A stretch of 64,000 nt of DNA from Candidatus Aminicenantes bacterium (GCA_963822075.1 CAWGGP010000009.1:72507-136506), one strand, 5' to 3'; shown: positions 1 to 9,522, counted from the first letter of the stretch. Numbers and translations are program-made. The notes: generated by a model from the letters alone, not told the origin.

Positions 1-832
1 ACGGCACCGGCGAACGGGTCTTGGCGTAGCTCTTGAAATCGACTTCCGGGTAGGTGGCCGGCAGCGACCGGTACAGTTCATCCTCGTAGCCCAGGGCATC
101 GACCAGCTTGTTCTTGACGTATTCTTCCTGGGGCAGCGGCGAGCGGTCGAGAACCTTCTTGACCGCCGCGGGGTCCAGCTTGCGGTTGGCGGCGATGCCG
201 TCGATCACCGCCTGGTAGAGATCGTCGATCAGGGCCTGGGTGGATTCCCGGTGCGCCGGGGTCATGTGATCCTCGGTAAAGGTGTTGCTGGCGGTCTTGT
301 AGTCGCCGATGTGGAAAACTTCGGCCTGCACTCCCAGCTTGGACAGGGTGTTTTTCAGGAACACCGCCTCGGCGCCGATGCCGCTGAGCGACAGGCTGCC
401 GCCCTTGAACAGGATCACTTTGTCGGCGAAGGAAGCCAGGTAATATTCCTTCAAGCCGCCGTCGACGATGAAGGCCGCCACCGGCTTTTTGCTGGCCGCG
501 AATTTCTTCAGCAGGCGGCCGATCTCCTCGACCTTGGCGAATCCGGTCTCCAGGGACTGCACGCGCAGCAGCACGCCCTTGATGCGCTCGTCCTTTGCCG
601 CCCGCTCGAGGTTGTACCAGAGATCGTGGATGGACAAGGCGCCGCCGCTCATGCCCGGGAAACGCGAAGGCGCCGTCTCGGCGATGGCTCCGCCCAGCTC
701 GATCTTCAGATATGCTTTTTCGGGAACATAGGGTTCCTGGTTGAACTGCAGGTAGATGAACCCGCCCAATATGAAAAGGCCAAGCAAAATGACAATGACC
801 ACCAGCAGGGCGATCAGCGCGCCTCGTTTCAT
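1..832 (-). CDS. sppA: signal peptide peptidase SppA (36K type), N-terminal part; 3' end lies beyond the window start
   Basis: Not in the ORF track because it has no stop in the window. The reverse strand is open from ATG 832-830 to base 1. My translation is MKRGALIALLVVIVILLGLFILGGFIYLQFNQEPYVPEKAYLKIELGGAIAETAPSRF...KPVAAFIVDGGLKEYYLASFADKVILFKGGSLSLSGIGAEAVFLKNTLSKLGV, a membrane anchor followed by ClpP-fold SppA-type sequence. Confidence 0.8.
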   Translation of the reverse strand, partial: MKRGALIALLVVIVILLGLFILGGFIYLQFNQEPYVPEKAYLKIELGGAIAETAPSRFPGMSGGALSIHDLWYNLERAAKDERIKGVLLRVQSLETGFAKVEEIGRLLKKFAASKKPVAAFIVDGGLKEYYLASFADKVILFKGGSLSLSGIGAEAVFLKNTLSKLGVQAEVFHIGDYKTASNTFTEDHMTPAHRESTQALIDDLYQAVIDGIAANRKLDPAAVKKVLDRSPLPQEEYVKNKLVDALGYEDELYRSLPATYPEVDFKSYAKTRSPVP

Positions 833-990
833 GATGCGTCTCCTTGGTAACGTAATATGAATAGATTATTATACTGTTTTCTGCCCGGAAAAGTTTAAAA
901 ATCAGGTCGGCTAGGCATTTTCACATGGGAACGGGACTCGTCTGGGTCTCAACACGGGAGATCGCGAAAAGCGGAGGGAAATGGCGTGCT

Positions 991-1840
991 TCAGGCCCGG
1001 CGCTGCCGGGAGTTCATGGCCAGCCCGGCGAGGATGAGCGCTCCGCCCAGGCCCAGGCGCAGGAGGTCGGTCCGCTCCCCGAAAAAAACGAGGGAAACCA
1101 GTATCGCCAGCGGGATCTTGACGTTGTTGAAAACGGCGAGCATGCCGGGGGAGACGCTCAAGGCGCCGACGTTCCACAGGAAAAATCCCACGCCCGAAGC
1201 CAGCAGGCCGAGGTACGCCAGGACCAGCCACTGTCCCGCGTCCAGGTCCAGGCGCGGCGGCCCCGAAAACAGGAGCATGGCCAGGGCGGCGGCGGCCGCC
1301 CCGCCCAGGTAGAGCCAGGCGAACGCATCGCGGTCCTTCCACCCCCTGCCCGGCGGCGCCAGGCGCCGGTACAGGAGTTGGCCCAGGGCGAAGCACAGGT
1401 TGGAAGCCTGCACCAGCAGGAAACCGGCGAGCAGGCCGGAGCGGCCGATCCCGGAATAGACGATCACGGCGCTGCCGCCGACGGCCAGGAGGGCCGTCCA
1501 GCAATGGAGCGGCCGGAAGCGCCCCTCCAGGAGGCCGGCGGCCGCCGCCACGTAAAGGGGGGTGAGAATGGTGAAAAGGGCGACCTGGTGGGCGGCGAGG
1601 TAGCGGAAGGATTGGATATAAAAGACATACATCAGCCCGAACTGCACCGCCCCCAAGGCCAGCAGGCGCGCGGTGAGCGAGGGCGGGATCTTCCGCGGCC
1701 GGAGCAGGGGCAGGAAAAGCAGGAAGGAAAGGGCCAGGCGAACGAAGGCCACCAGGCCGGCGTCAAGGCCGCCGAGATATTTCTTGATCAGGCCGAACGA
1801 AAAGGCCCAGATGAACGGAAGCGATCAGCAGCAGAATCAT
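991..1840 (-). CDS. EamA/DMT-family transporter (frameshifted near its 5' end as assembled)
   Basis: ORF 991..1752 (253 aa) is uniformly hydrophobic with EamA-type repeats (..LASGVGFFLWNVGALSVSPGMLAVFNNVKIPLAILVSLVFFGE..). ATG 1840 gives MILLLIAS. The adjacent frame continues FIWAFSFGLIKKYLGGLDAGLVAFVRLALS into the ORF, so one indel near 1815 splits the N-terminus. Confidence 0.75.
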
Positions 1841-1903
1841 GGGCCGACTATAACAGATTAAGCGATTTTTGCAAAAAAAGACAAAATGCATTCTATTGCC
1901 CGA

Positions 1904-2600
1904 TCTCGGTCAATTGCCTTCTCCCCTTTTACCCAAGGGGGACACAGGGGGGATCTGCATATCGCATGAACTTGAAATATCGCAGATCTCCTTATCCCCC
2001 CGGCTTCGCCACCCCCCTTATGCAAAGGGGGTAAAGATAGAAGCGACATACGAAATTGAGTCTCGGTCAATTGCCTTCTCTCCCCCCTTACCCAAGGGGG
2101 GACACAGGGGGGATTTCATATCGCATGACTTGAATTCGCACCATACTCCAGGATTCTTCATTCCTTTCAGGGGGTGAAGGCACGAGTCGATAGCTCCTAT
2201 CTTTCAGCAAGGGGGACAGGGGGGATATTTTAGCGATGAAGTTGAAATATCGCAAGATCTACAATGAAACGCCCGGCTAGTACGCCAACCCCCCCTTTGT
2301 GCAACAGGGGCGTAAAGATAAAAGCGACATACGAACATTAGGAGTCTCGGTCAATATGCCGCTTCTCCCCCTTTACCCAAGGGGGGACACAGGGGGGATC
2401 TGCATCTCGCCGGAGAACTCGGAATATCTAAGATCGATATCTATTATCCCCCCGGCTTCGCCACCCCCCTTAAGCAAAGGGGGTAAAGATAGAAGCGACT
2501 ATACGAAATTAATTGCGTATCTCGGTCATTTGCCTTCTCCCCCCTTACCCAAGGGGGGGAAGGGGGGATTTGCATATCGTATGAACTTGAAATATCGCCA
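1904..2600. repeat. tandem array of a ~157-175-bp G/C-tract hairpin unit (unit starts at 1904, 2061, 2345, 2520; five copies of the core, one truncated and one diverged)
   Basis: The unit start TCTCGGTCA..TGCC recurs at 1904, 2061, 2345 and 2520. The core TCCCC(C)TT-(t)taccc-AAGGGGG-ACACA-GGGGGGAT is at 1922-1954, 2081-2114, 2366-2399 and 2538-2569, with a diverged copy at 2209-2226. The second half ATCCCCCCGGCTTCGCCACCCCCCTTA.GCAAAGGGGGTAAAGATAGAAGCGAC is at 1994-2047 and 2446-2499, diverged at 2284-2328. The track ORFs here (1869..2177+, 2299..2667+, 1858..2070-) are only translations of the repeat. Confidence 0.85.
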
Positions 2601-2629
2601 ATGCCTCCGGCCGGCGATTTCCCGCATAT

Positions 2630-2658
2630 TTGAAAACCGCGACAAACAGTGCTATAAT
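2630..2658 (+). promoter_or_regulatory. sigma70-type promoter candidate for the aminotransferase gene
   Basis: TTGAAA (2630-2635), a 17-nt spacer, then TATAAT (2653-2658). This leaves a ~150-nt leader before GTG 2819. Confidence 0.45.
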
Positions 2659-2818
2659 ATGACCTGATGGTTGTAAAGCAAGATCATCTTCCGGTTCAAG
2701 ATCATTTGATAATCCACGCTGCTTTTGCATCCGCGGGCAAATCTTGTCTCACTTTTAAATCCAGGGATTTATTTCACTTTAAATAGATTTTTCCTTTACC
2801 ATCCACAAGGAGGATGCC

Positions 2819-4053
2819 GTGGTCAACTACGATCAATTCTATTCCAATAACGCCAAGGGCATGAAGCGCTCGGAGATCCGCGAGCTGCTGAAGCTCACCG
2901 CCCGGCCGGGGATCATCTCCTTCGCCGGCGGCCTGCCCGCCCCCGACCTCTTTCCCGTCGACGACATCAAGGAGATGTCGCGCATCGTCATGGAGCGGGA
3001 GGGAAAGACCGCCCTGCAATACGGCCCCACCGAGGGGGACAACCGCCTGCGCGAGGAGCTGGCCAGGCTGATGCAGAAGGACGGCGTGAACATCACCAGC
3101 AATCACCTGCTGATCGTCACGTCGTCGCAGCAGGGACTCGACCTGGTGGGCAAGATATTCATCGATGCGGGCGACGTGGTCATGACCAGCCGCCCCACCT
3201 ACGTCGGCGCCATCCAGGCCTTCAACTCCTACGGGGCCAAGATGCTGGGCGTCGAACAGGACGATGAAGGCACGCAGACCGCCCTGCTGGAGGCGGAGAT
3301 CGAAAAGCTGGCCGCCAAGGGCAGCAAGCCGAAATTCATCTACGAGATCCCCGATTTCCAGAACCCGTCGGGCATCACCATGAGCCTGAAAAGGCGGAAG
3401 GAGCTCATCCGCATCGCTGAAAAGCACGACCTGGTCATCGTCGAGGACTCCCCCTATCGCCAGCTGCGCTTCGAGGGCAAGACCGAGCCGTCGCTGATCG
3501 GCATGAACTCGGAGCGCGTCCTGTCGCTCTTCACCTTCAGCAAGATCCTGCTGCCGGGCTTCAGGCTGGGCTGGATGGCCGGCCCCAATGAGCTGATCCA
3601 GAAGGCGGTGACGGCCAAGCAGTCGGTCGACCTGTGCTCCCCCCCTTCAACCAGGCCATTCTTTATGAGTACCTGCACCGCGGCCTGCTGGAAAAGCAGA
3701 TCACCGTGATCATCAAGGCCTACCGGGAGAAGCGCGACTTCATGCTGGCCAAGCTCTCCCAGTACATGCCCAAGCTGCCGGGGTTGAAGTGGACCCATCC
3801 CCAGGGCGGGCTGTTCCTGTGGGTCACCATGCCCGAAAGCATCGATGCCGGGGAATTGTTCCACAGCGCCATCGAAAAACAGGTGGCCTACGTCGTCGGA
3901 ACGGCTTTCTTCCCCGACGGCGGGGGACACAATTCCTTCCGCATGAATTTCTCCTATTCCAGCATGGCCGAGATCGAGGAAGGGGTCAAGCGCCTCGCCG
4001 ACGTCATCCGCAACTGGAAGGGCCGCGAGGATTCTTCGATCATCACGCCGTGA
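2819..4053 (+). CDS. PLP-dependent aminotransferase, class I/II (2-aminoadipate/aromatic aminotransferase-like); frameshifted as assembled
   Basis: ORFs 2819..3709 and 3634..4053 are two halves of one enzyme (..LFTFSKILLPGFRLGWMAGP.. with the SK PLP-lysine context; ..KQSVDLCSPP | FNQAILYEYL..). The frames switch inside a C7 run near 3640-3650. GTG 2819 follows AAGGAGG. Confidence 0.85.
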
Positions 4054-4122
4054 AGATGGGTTAAAGCGTTGGAGAGTGGAAGGAATGGCGGGCGGGGAAG
4101 ACGACGGAGACCCAAAGGCGAA

Positions 4123-5458
4123 TCAGTTCTCGGATACTTTAAAAGGGACCCAGGCGACGGGAGAGCCGCCGTTTTCGAACCAATCCGCCCCCTCGCTGAC
4201 CATGTCGAATTTCAGCCAGAAATCGCCGCGGCGGTGGACGGCGGGCAGCTCGATCTCCACCGTGGCGCCGTCCCCGGCGCCCAGGGGACGCGGCAGAAAA
4301 GCCCGGGCGTAATTCAATTCCAGCAGCCTCTTTTCGGCGTCGTGAAGCTGGGCGCCCAGCCTCACCCAGCGCCGCCCGGAAAAGGCCTGGGTTATCCAGG
4401 GTGCGCCGCCGCGGTTTTTCACCGCCACGCCCAGGACAAGCGTTTGACCCGGCTGGGCGGCCAGGCGCTTCTCCCCCACCTTGATCCCGGCGATATACCG
4501 TTTGCCCCGGAGGGCGGAGCCGATCTGGCTGGTGTCCCAGATCTGGTAAAAAATCCTTTTCCAGGCCGGGCTCCCGACCTGGTATTTCTTTGACGCCGCG
4601 GCGGCGGGGTGATCGGTGATCTCCCAGGTCAGGCGGTCGACGCCGATCTTTTTTGCCAGGCGCCGGGCCTTGGCCATGTGCCGGAACGAATCGTTCCAAC
4701 GGAACAGGATGTAGCGCCAGTTGATGAAGGGCACTTCCCGGCCCAGGCGTCGCTTCTCCCCGACCAGGGCCGCCATGTTTTTCAGCAGTTTGGCGAAATC
4801 GCCGCCCTGGCGGTAGCGGGCATACGTGCGCGGATCGGCGCCGTCGACCGAGAACGTGATCTCGTCGACCCCGGACTCCGCCAGCCGGGCGGCTTTTCCG
4901 GCGTCGAGCAGCAGGCCGTTGGTGCTGACATACAAAAACACATGGGGATATTTTTTCTTCACGTGCTCGATCATGTCCAGCGCCTGGGGGTGAGCGAACG
5001 GTTCGCCGTAGTTGAAAAAATCGAGGCGGATCAGCCCGGGGCCGATCTCCTCCAGCAGGGAGCGGAATTCCTCCTGGGGGAAAAACTTCCGTTCCCGGGT
5101 GGCGGCAAGGCCGGCCCCCGGGGCGCAGACGGCCTGAAAGCAATTCAAGTTGCAAATGACCGTGGGTTCAAAAAAGATCCGCGGCAGGATTTCCAGGTCG
5201 ACCGGCCGCTGCGGCACCGCCTCGCCTTCGCGCCAGGGGTTTCTTCAACCCGCAGTCGCGGCAAAACCCGGAAAACCCTTCGTTCAGCTCCTGCCTGATC
5301 CGCCGCACCTTGGCGCCGCGCCAGATCTCGTTCAGGCTGGATTCGCGCAAATGTCCCAGCGGCCTTTCGCCCCGGGGATCGGCGCAGCCGCAGACGACTT
5401 TGCCGTCACAAAGCACCACCAGGATATTGAAGATCCAGTCGCAGGTAAAGCGCGTCAC
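4123..5458 (-). CDS. radical SAM enzyme with an N-terminal SPASM/twitch-like Cys-rich domain and a C-terminal beta-rich domain; frameshifted as assembled
   Basis: ORF 5168..5458 (..LCDGKVVCGCADPRGERPLGHLRESSLNEIWRGAKVRRIRQELNEGFSGFCRDCGLKKP) resembles a SPASM auxiliary-cluster module. ORF 4123..5217 carries the radical SAM core (FFEPTVICNLNCFQAVC..., FFNYGEPF, STNGLLL, ITFSVDG). The junction lies at AAACCCC near 5225. The start abuts the mglA stop (5459). Confidence 0.7.
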
Positions 5459-6049
5459 TCAGCCGATCTTGTTCTTGATCTCGGACATGATCAGCCTGGA
5501 GATGGCCTTCAGGGTATCCACCACCCCGTCGCCCCTGGAAGCGACCGCTTCGAGCACCGGCTCGTCCTTCTTCCTCAGGACGCCGATCAGTTCGTTCGCC
5601 GGCGTGACGTTGGGCAGGTCGCGCTTGTTCAGCTGCAGGACGTAGGGGATGGAGGGGAAATCGATCTTGTAGTCGCGCAGGTTCTCCAGCATGTCCTGGA
5701 TGCTCTCGATGTTGGCCTCATAGCGCTCGGTCTGCGAGTCGGCCACGAAGACCAGGCCGTCCACCCCTTTCAAGATGAGTTTCCGCGAGGCGCTGTAATA
5801 GATCTGTCCGGGGACGGTGTACAGGTGGAAGCGCACCTTGTAGTCCTTGATGGTGCCGAGGTCGAGGGGGAAAAAATCGAAGAACAAGGTCCGTTCCGTC
5901 TCGGTGGCCAGGCTCACCAGCTTGCCCTTGTTGTCCTTTTTTATTTTTTCATAGATATGCTTGATATTGGTGGTCTTGCCGCTCAAGCCGGGGCCGTAAT
6001 AGACGATCTTGAAGTTGATCTCGCGGGTGGAGTAGTTTAGGAAGGACAA
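5459..6049 (-). CDS. mglA: Ras-like small GTPase MglA
   Basis: 196 aa: INFKIVYYGPGLSGKTTN (P-loop), LYTVPGQ, LQLNKRDL. This is the typical MglA length and motif set. Confidence 0.9.
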   Translation of the reverse strand: MSFLNYSTREINFKIVYYGPGLSGKTTNIKHIYEKIKKDNKGKLVSLATETERTLFFDFFPLDLGTIKDYKVRFHLYTVPGQIYYSASRKLILKGVDGLVFVADSQTERYEANIESIQDMLENLRDYKIDFPSIPYVLQLNKRDLPNVTPANELIGVLRKKDEPVLEAVASRGDGVVDTLKAISRLIMSEIKNKIG

Positions 6050-6051
6050 GG

Positions 6052-6540
6052 TCAGTCTCCAAAGATGCGATCGATGTCCTCATCGGATACCCCTTCGAAG
6101 GGGGACCCGCCGGGAATTTTATCGGTGGCTTTCAGTTTTTTATTGATGGTTTGGAATATCTTGACCAGCTCTTCCAGGGCGCTGCGCACGCGGAAACGCA
6201 CCAACCCGAGGTTGGACGTGTTGTCGAAGATGACCACCAGCATGGTCCGGTCGTTGATCAGCGAAATATGCAGGCTTTCCTTGGCGGACTCGTTGAGGAT
6301 CGCCGTGAAATTCTCTATCTTCAGCATCTGGGCGATGCTGTTGATGGCGGCGACGCTGCCGGCGATGAGGGAGGAAATGGAATTCAGGTTGACGTCGTCC
6401 ATCTCGCCGGAGGAGGCGATGCAATGGCCCTCCGAGTCGGTGATGAACACGGCCTTGGCGCTGGTATTGCCCTTCAACTTGCGAAGAACTTCCTTGATCA
6501 GGACATATTCTTCATTGTAGATGATAAAATTTTCTTGCAT
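6052..6540 (-). CDS. mglB: roadblock/LC7-domain protein MglB (MglA GAP)
   Basis: A 162-aa roadblock/LC7-like sequence (..AVFITDSEGHCIASSGE..LIAGSVAAINSIAQML..). It sits 2 nt upstream of mglA on the same strand. Confidence 0.8.
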   Translation of the reverse strand: MQENFIIYNEEYVLIKEVLRKLKGNTSAKAVFITDSEGHCIASSGEMDDVNLNSISSLIAGSVAAINSIAQMLKIENFTAILNESAKESLHISLINDRTMLVVIFDNTSNLGLVRFRVRSALEELVKIFQTINKKLKATDKIPGGSPFEGVSDEDIDRIFGD

Positions 6541-6652
6541 TGGTTATCTTTCTCTCAAATCCTTCCCTCGCGGGGAGCGCCATTTCTTTCATTCCCGCCC
6601 ATCATAGCACCGCAGAAAACAAATAACAACCATCCCCTTTCCACGTCACCTC

Positions 6653-7255
6653 CTACTTCACTTCCAGGCGACCTTCGATGGCCTTGGCGACCGTCACCTC
6701 GTCGGCGTAGTCCAGGTCGGCTCCGACCGGCAGGCCCAGGGCGATCCGCGAAATGGTAATTTTATACTGCCGGAGAATTTCTGTCAAATAATGGGCCGTG
6801 GCGCTGCCCTCGGTGGTCGGGCTGGTGGCCAGGATGATCTCCCGGAAATTCCCCTTGCGGATCCGCTCCAGCAGGCCGGCGATGCGCAGCTCGTCCGGGC
6901 CGATGCCGCGGATCGGCGAGAGGTTGCCCATCAGGACATGGTAGTAGCCGTGGAACAGCCCGGTCTTCTCGATGGAATGGATGTTGAAGGGCTCCTCGAC
7001 CACGCAGATCTTTTCCTGGTCGCGCTCGGGAGCGGAACAGATCTCGCAGGGATCGACGGCGGTGATATTGTTGCAGGCCGAGCAGTAGAATATCTTTTCG
7101 CGCGCCTGGACGATGGAATCGGCCAGCGCCAGGGCGTTCTTCTTGTCGGTGCGCAGTAGGAAGAAAGCGATCCGCTGGGCCGATTTGCGGCCGATGCCGG
7201 GGATCCGCTTCAGTTCCTCGATCAGGCGGGCCAGGGGGGGCGTGTACTCAATCAT
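6653..7255 (-). CDS. recR: recombination protein RecR
   Basis: 200 aa: LKRIPGIGRKSAQRIAFFLL (HhH), the Cys4 zinc finger CSACNNIT..CEIC, and a Toprim region. Confidence 0.93.
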   Translation of the reverse strand: MIEYTPPLARLIEELKRIPGIGRKSAQRIAFFLLRTDKKNALALADSIVQAREKIFYCSACNNITAVDPCEICSAPERDQEKICVVEEPFNIHSIEKTGLFHGYYHVLMGNLSPIRGIGPDELRIAGLLERIRKGNFREIILATSPTTEGSATAHYLTEILRQYKITISRIALGLPVGADLDYADEVTVAKAIEGRLEVK

Positions 7256-7282
7256 GCGTCGATCGCTGGCGGCGGCGGGTCA

Positions 7283-7612
7283 TCATATGCCGCCGAAGGG
7301 GAAACCGCCAGGCATGCCGCCGGCCCCTCCGGCGAGGCCTCCGAGGCTGCCTTTCAGCTTTTCCTCGACCTGGGTGCGGGCGTCGTTCACGGCGGCGAGG
7401 ATCAGGTCCTGCAGCATCTCGATATCCGCCGGATCGACCACTTCCGGGGCGATGCGCAGGGCGGTCACGTGCTTGTGGCCGTCCATGCGCACCGTGACCA
7501 TGCCGCCGCCGGCGTTGCCCTCGACGGACAGCGCGTCCATTTCCTCTTCCATGCGCTTGGCCATGGTTTGGGCCATGCCCATCATCTGGTTTATATTCGG
7601 GATTTTAGGCAT
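7283..7612 (-). CDS. ybaB: YbaB/EbfC-family nucleoid-associated protein
   Basis: 109 aa ([57 protein letters not shown]). It occupies the conserved dnaX-ybaB-recR position. Confidence 0.9.
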   Translation of the reverse strand: MPKIPNINQMMGMAQTMAKRMEEEMDALSVEGNAGGGMVTVRMDGHKHVTALRIAPEVVDPADIEMLQDLILAAVNDARTQVEEKLKGSLGGLAGGAGGMPGGFPFGGI

Positions 7613-9179
7613 CCTTGCCTCCCTTGACGCTTTCCACGGCGATCACGCTGCCCTTGATCTTGTCCTTGAGGCTCTTGATCTTCTTGTCGTTCTTCAAGTC
7701 CTGCACGATCCGCTCGCCGCCGGTCTTGGCCGGCGCTTCCTGCAGGACGATCTCCAGCCCGACCTCCCGCCCCGCCAGCTCCTGGGCCAGCTCGTTCAGG
7801 TACGGCCTGTTTTCCTTCATCATTTTCCAGGCGTTCTCGAAATTGGCGGCCACCTCGATGAAAAGCGTGTTGCCGCGGTAAGTCAGGGACGAAGAGCTCA
7901 GCACCGACGCCATGCGGGGTTTTTCCTTTTCGATGCGCGCTTTCAGCTCCGGGATCCAATCCGCTTCCACGGGCTTGGCCGGCGGGCCCTGGACGGGCCG
8001 GGGCGGCGGCGCGGCGGGAACGGGGGCGGGGGCAGCCGCCGGCAGCGGCGGACCGTCCTTGAGCTTTTTCAGGAACTCTTCGATGCTGACCAGGGCCGAA
8101 AAGTAACTCAGCTTGAGGAACATGTACTCCAGGATGATGGAGGGGTGCTCGGTGTTGCGGATGGTCTGTTCCAGCTCCTTCACCGCGTTGAAGTAGCGGA
8201 GCAGCTCGATATCGCTGACATCCTTGACGATCTCCCTGATCCCGGCGATGTTCTCCGGGTTCAGGTTGTGCAGGCGCTCGGAGTCGGGGATGGCCTTGAT
8301 GACGATCACGTCGCGGATGAAGCGCAGGTACTCGGTATAGAAAAATCGCAGGTCGGTGCCGCGCTCGATCAGCTGGTTGATCTGCTCGATGATGCCCTTG
8401 CGGTCCTGGCTGAACACGGCGCGGGTCAGGCTGATAAAGGTCTCCTCGGCAATGATGCCCAGGATGGCCACCACGTCGTCGTCCTTGACGTCGCCGCTGG
8501 AGATGGCGATGGCCTGGTCGAGTATCTTCTTGGCGTCGCGCAGGCTGCCTTCGGCCGAGCGCGAGATCAGGTAGAGGGAGTAGTCCGAGATCTTGATCGT
8601 TTCCTTCTGGCAGATGTCCTTCAGGACCTGCTTGATCACCTCGAAGGGGATGCGCTTGAATTCGAAATGCTGGCAGCGGGAAACGATGGTGGCCGGGATC
8701 TTGTGGAAATCGGTCGTGGCCATGATGAAAATGGTATGCTCGGGCGGCTCTTCGACCGTCTTGAGCAGGGCGTTCCAGGCGGCGTTGGAGAGCATGTGCA
8801 CTTCGTCGATGACCACGATGCGGTAGCGGTTCTTCAGCGGCTTGTACTTGACCGTCTCGCGCAGGCTGCGCACTTCGTTGACGCCGTTGTTGGAAGCGCC
8901 GTCGATCTCCATGTAATCGGCGGAATTGTCGTCGGTGATCTCCAGGCAGGTCTGGCACTGGTTGCAGGGCTCGATGGCCGGCCCTTTCTCGCAGTTCAGC
9001 GCCTTGGCCAGGATGCGGGCCGAGGATGTCTTGCCGACGCCCTTCATGCCGGAAAAGATAAGCGCGGGGTAGACCTTGTTCATGGCGATGGCGTTCTGCA
9101 GGGTCTTGCTGATGCTGGCCTGGCCGATCAGGTCGGCGAATTTTTGCGGGCGGTATTTTCGGGCTAGGGCAAGGTACAT
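7605..9179 (-). CDS. dnaX: DNA polymerase III subunit gamma/tau
   Basis: 524 aa: Walker [21 protein letters not shown], Zn module [25 protein letters not shown]. Confidence 0.93.
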   Translation of the reverse strand: MYLALARKYRPQKFADLIGQASISKTLQNAIAMNKVYPALIFSGMKGVGKTSSARILAKALNCEKGPAIEPCNQCQTCLEITDDNSADYMEIDGASNNGVNEVRSLRETVKYKPLKNRYRIVVIDEVHMLSNAAWNALLKTVEEPPEHTIFIMATTDFHKIPATIVSRCQHFEFKRIPFEVIKQVLKDICQKETIKISDYSLYLISRSAEGSLRDAKKILDQAIAISSGDVKDDDVVAILGIIAEETFISLTRAVFSQDRKGIIEQINQLIERGTDLRFFYTEYLRFIRDVIVIKAIPDSERLHNLNPENIAGIREIVKDVSDIELLRYFNAVKELEQTIRNTEHPSIILEYMFLKLSYFSALVSIEEFLKKLKDGPPLPAAAPAPVPAAPPPRPVQGPPAKPVEADWIPELKARIEKEKPRMASVLSSSSLTYRGNTLFIEVAANFENAWKMMKENRPYLNELAQELAGREVGLEIVLQEAPAKTGGERIVQDLKNDKKIKSLKDKIKGSVIAVESVKGGKDA

Positions 9180-9198
9180 TTTATGTTCTCATTTAAAA

Positions 9199-9296
9199 GG
9201 CTCAGGAAATCCCGAACACCTGCGAAATTCTACTTATTGCTGCTACCTTTCGGTCCTGGCAAGGTTCATAGGTTCGCACCGCCGGGCTCCTGAGCC
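9199..9296 (-). ncRNA. ffs: signal recognition particle RNA (small bacterial 4.5S type)
   Basis: The reverse strand reads GGCTCAGGAGCCCGGCGGTGCGAACCTATGAACCTTGCCAGGACCGAAAGGTAGCAGCAATAAGTAGAATTTCGCAGGTGTTCGGGATTTCCTGAGCC. The ends pair (GGCTCAGGA/TCCTGAGCC). It contains the domain IV signature CCAGGaCCGaAAGGtAGCAGC with a GNRA loop. The position just upstream of dnaX is common in bacteria. Confidence 0.8.
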
Positions 9297-9345
9297 TTTT
9301 TTCCATTTTTACGGGGCCTTCCGGCCCCAGGGAAACAGGCATCAT

Positions 9346-9432
<87 letters not shown>

Positions 9433-9445
9433 AGACAAGAAGCTC

Positions 9446-9474
9446 ATTTTATAATTTATTTGCCCGGAATGCAA
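9446..9474 (-). promoter_or_regulatory. sigma70-type promoter candidate for tRNA-Ser (and possibly ffs/dnaX downstream)
   Basis: The reverse strand shows TTGCAT (9474-9469), a 17-nt spacer, then TAAAAT (9451-9446). This lies ~14 nt upstream of the tRNA 5' end. Confidence 0.45.
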
Positions 9475-9485
9475 GTGCCCGGGCC

Positions 9486-9522
9486 AAAATAAATACCCGC
9501 CGCGGCGGATCCCCGGCGGGGG
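9486..9522 (-). terminator. candidate intrinsic terminator after the alpha-amylase-family gene
   Basis: The reverse strand shows the stem CCCGCCG...CGGCGGG followed by TATTTATTTT, about 40 nt after the stop at 9559. Confidence 0.4.

Noticed and set aside
1904-2600. CRISPR array
   Set aside because: The whole ~157-bp unit is repeated, including the parts that would have to be spacers. There are no short direct repeats separated by unique spacers, and no cas genes in the window.
1869-2667. ORFs 1869..2177 (+), 2299..2667 (+), 1858..2070 (-) and 2545..2730 (-) as protein genes, including the repeated PLxPKGDTGG / RGD-like peptide
   Set aside because: They are translations of the tandem DNA repeat. 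They have no start context or RBS, the repeat period (157-175 bp) is not a multiple of three between copies, and frames change from unit to unit.
7113-9167. Long plus-strand ORF (684 aa) and similar long ORFs at 10110..13085 (+, 991 aa), 15214..16857 (-, 547 aa), 25360..26901 (-, 513 aa), 31649..32974 (-, 441 aa), 36298..37938 (+, 546 aa), 57475..59106 (+, 543 aa)
   Set aside because: Each lies antisense to, or out of frame with, a gene that has clear family motifs (dnaX, GH13, znuAC, rlmI, hslU, acyl-CoA synthetase, AMP-ligase). Their translations are Arg/Gly/Ala/Pro/Asp-rich low-complexity strings, as expected for stop-poor shadow frames in GC-rich DNA.
9311-9330. Hairpin GGGGCC-ttcc-GGCCCC between tRNA-Ser and ffs as an intrinsic terminator
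   Set aside because: On the transcribed (minus) strand it is followed by an A-rich rather than a U-rich tract. It may be a processing or structural element, but it does not fit the terminator model.
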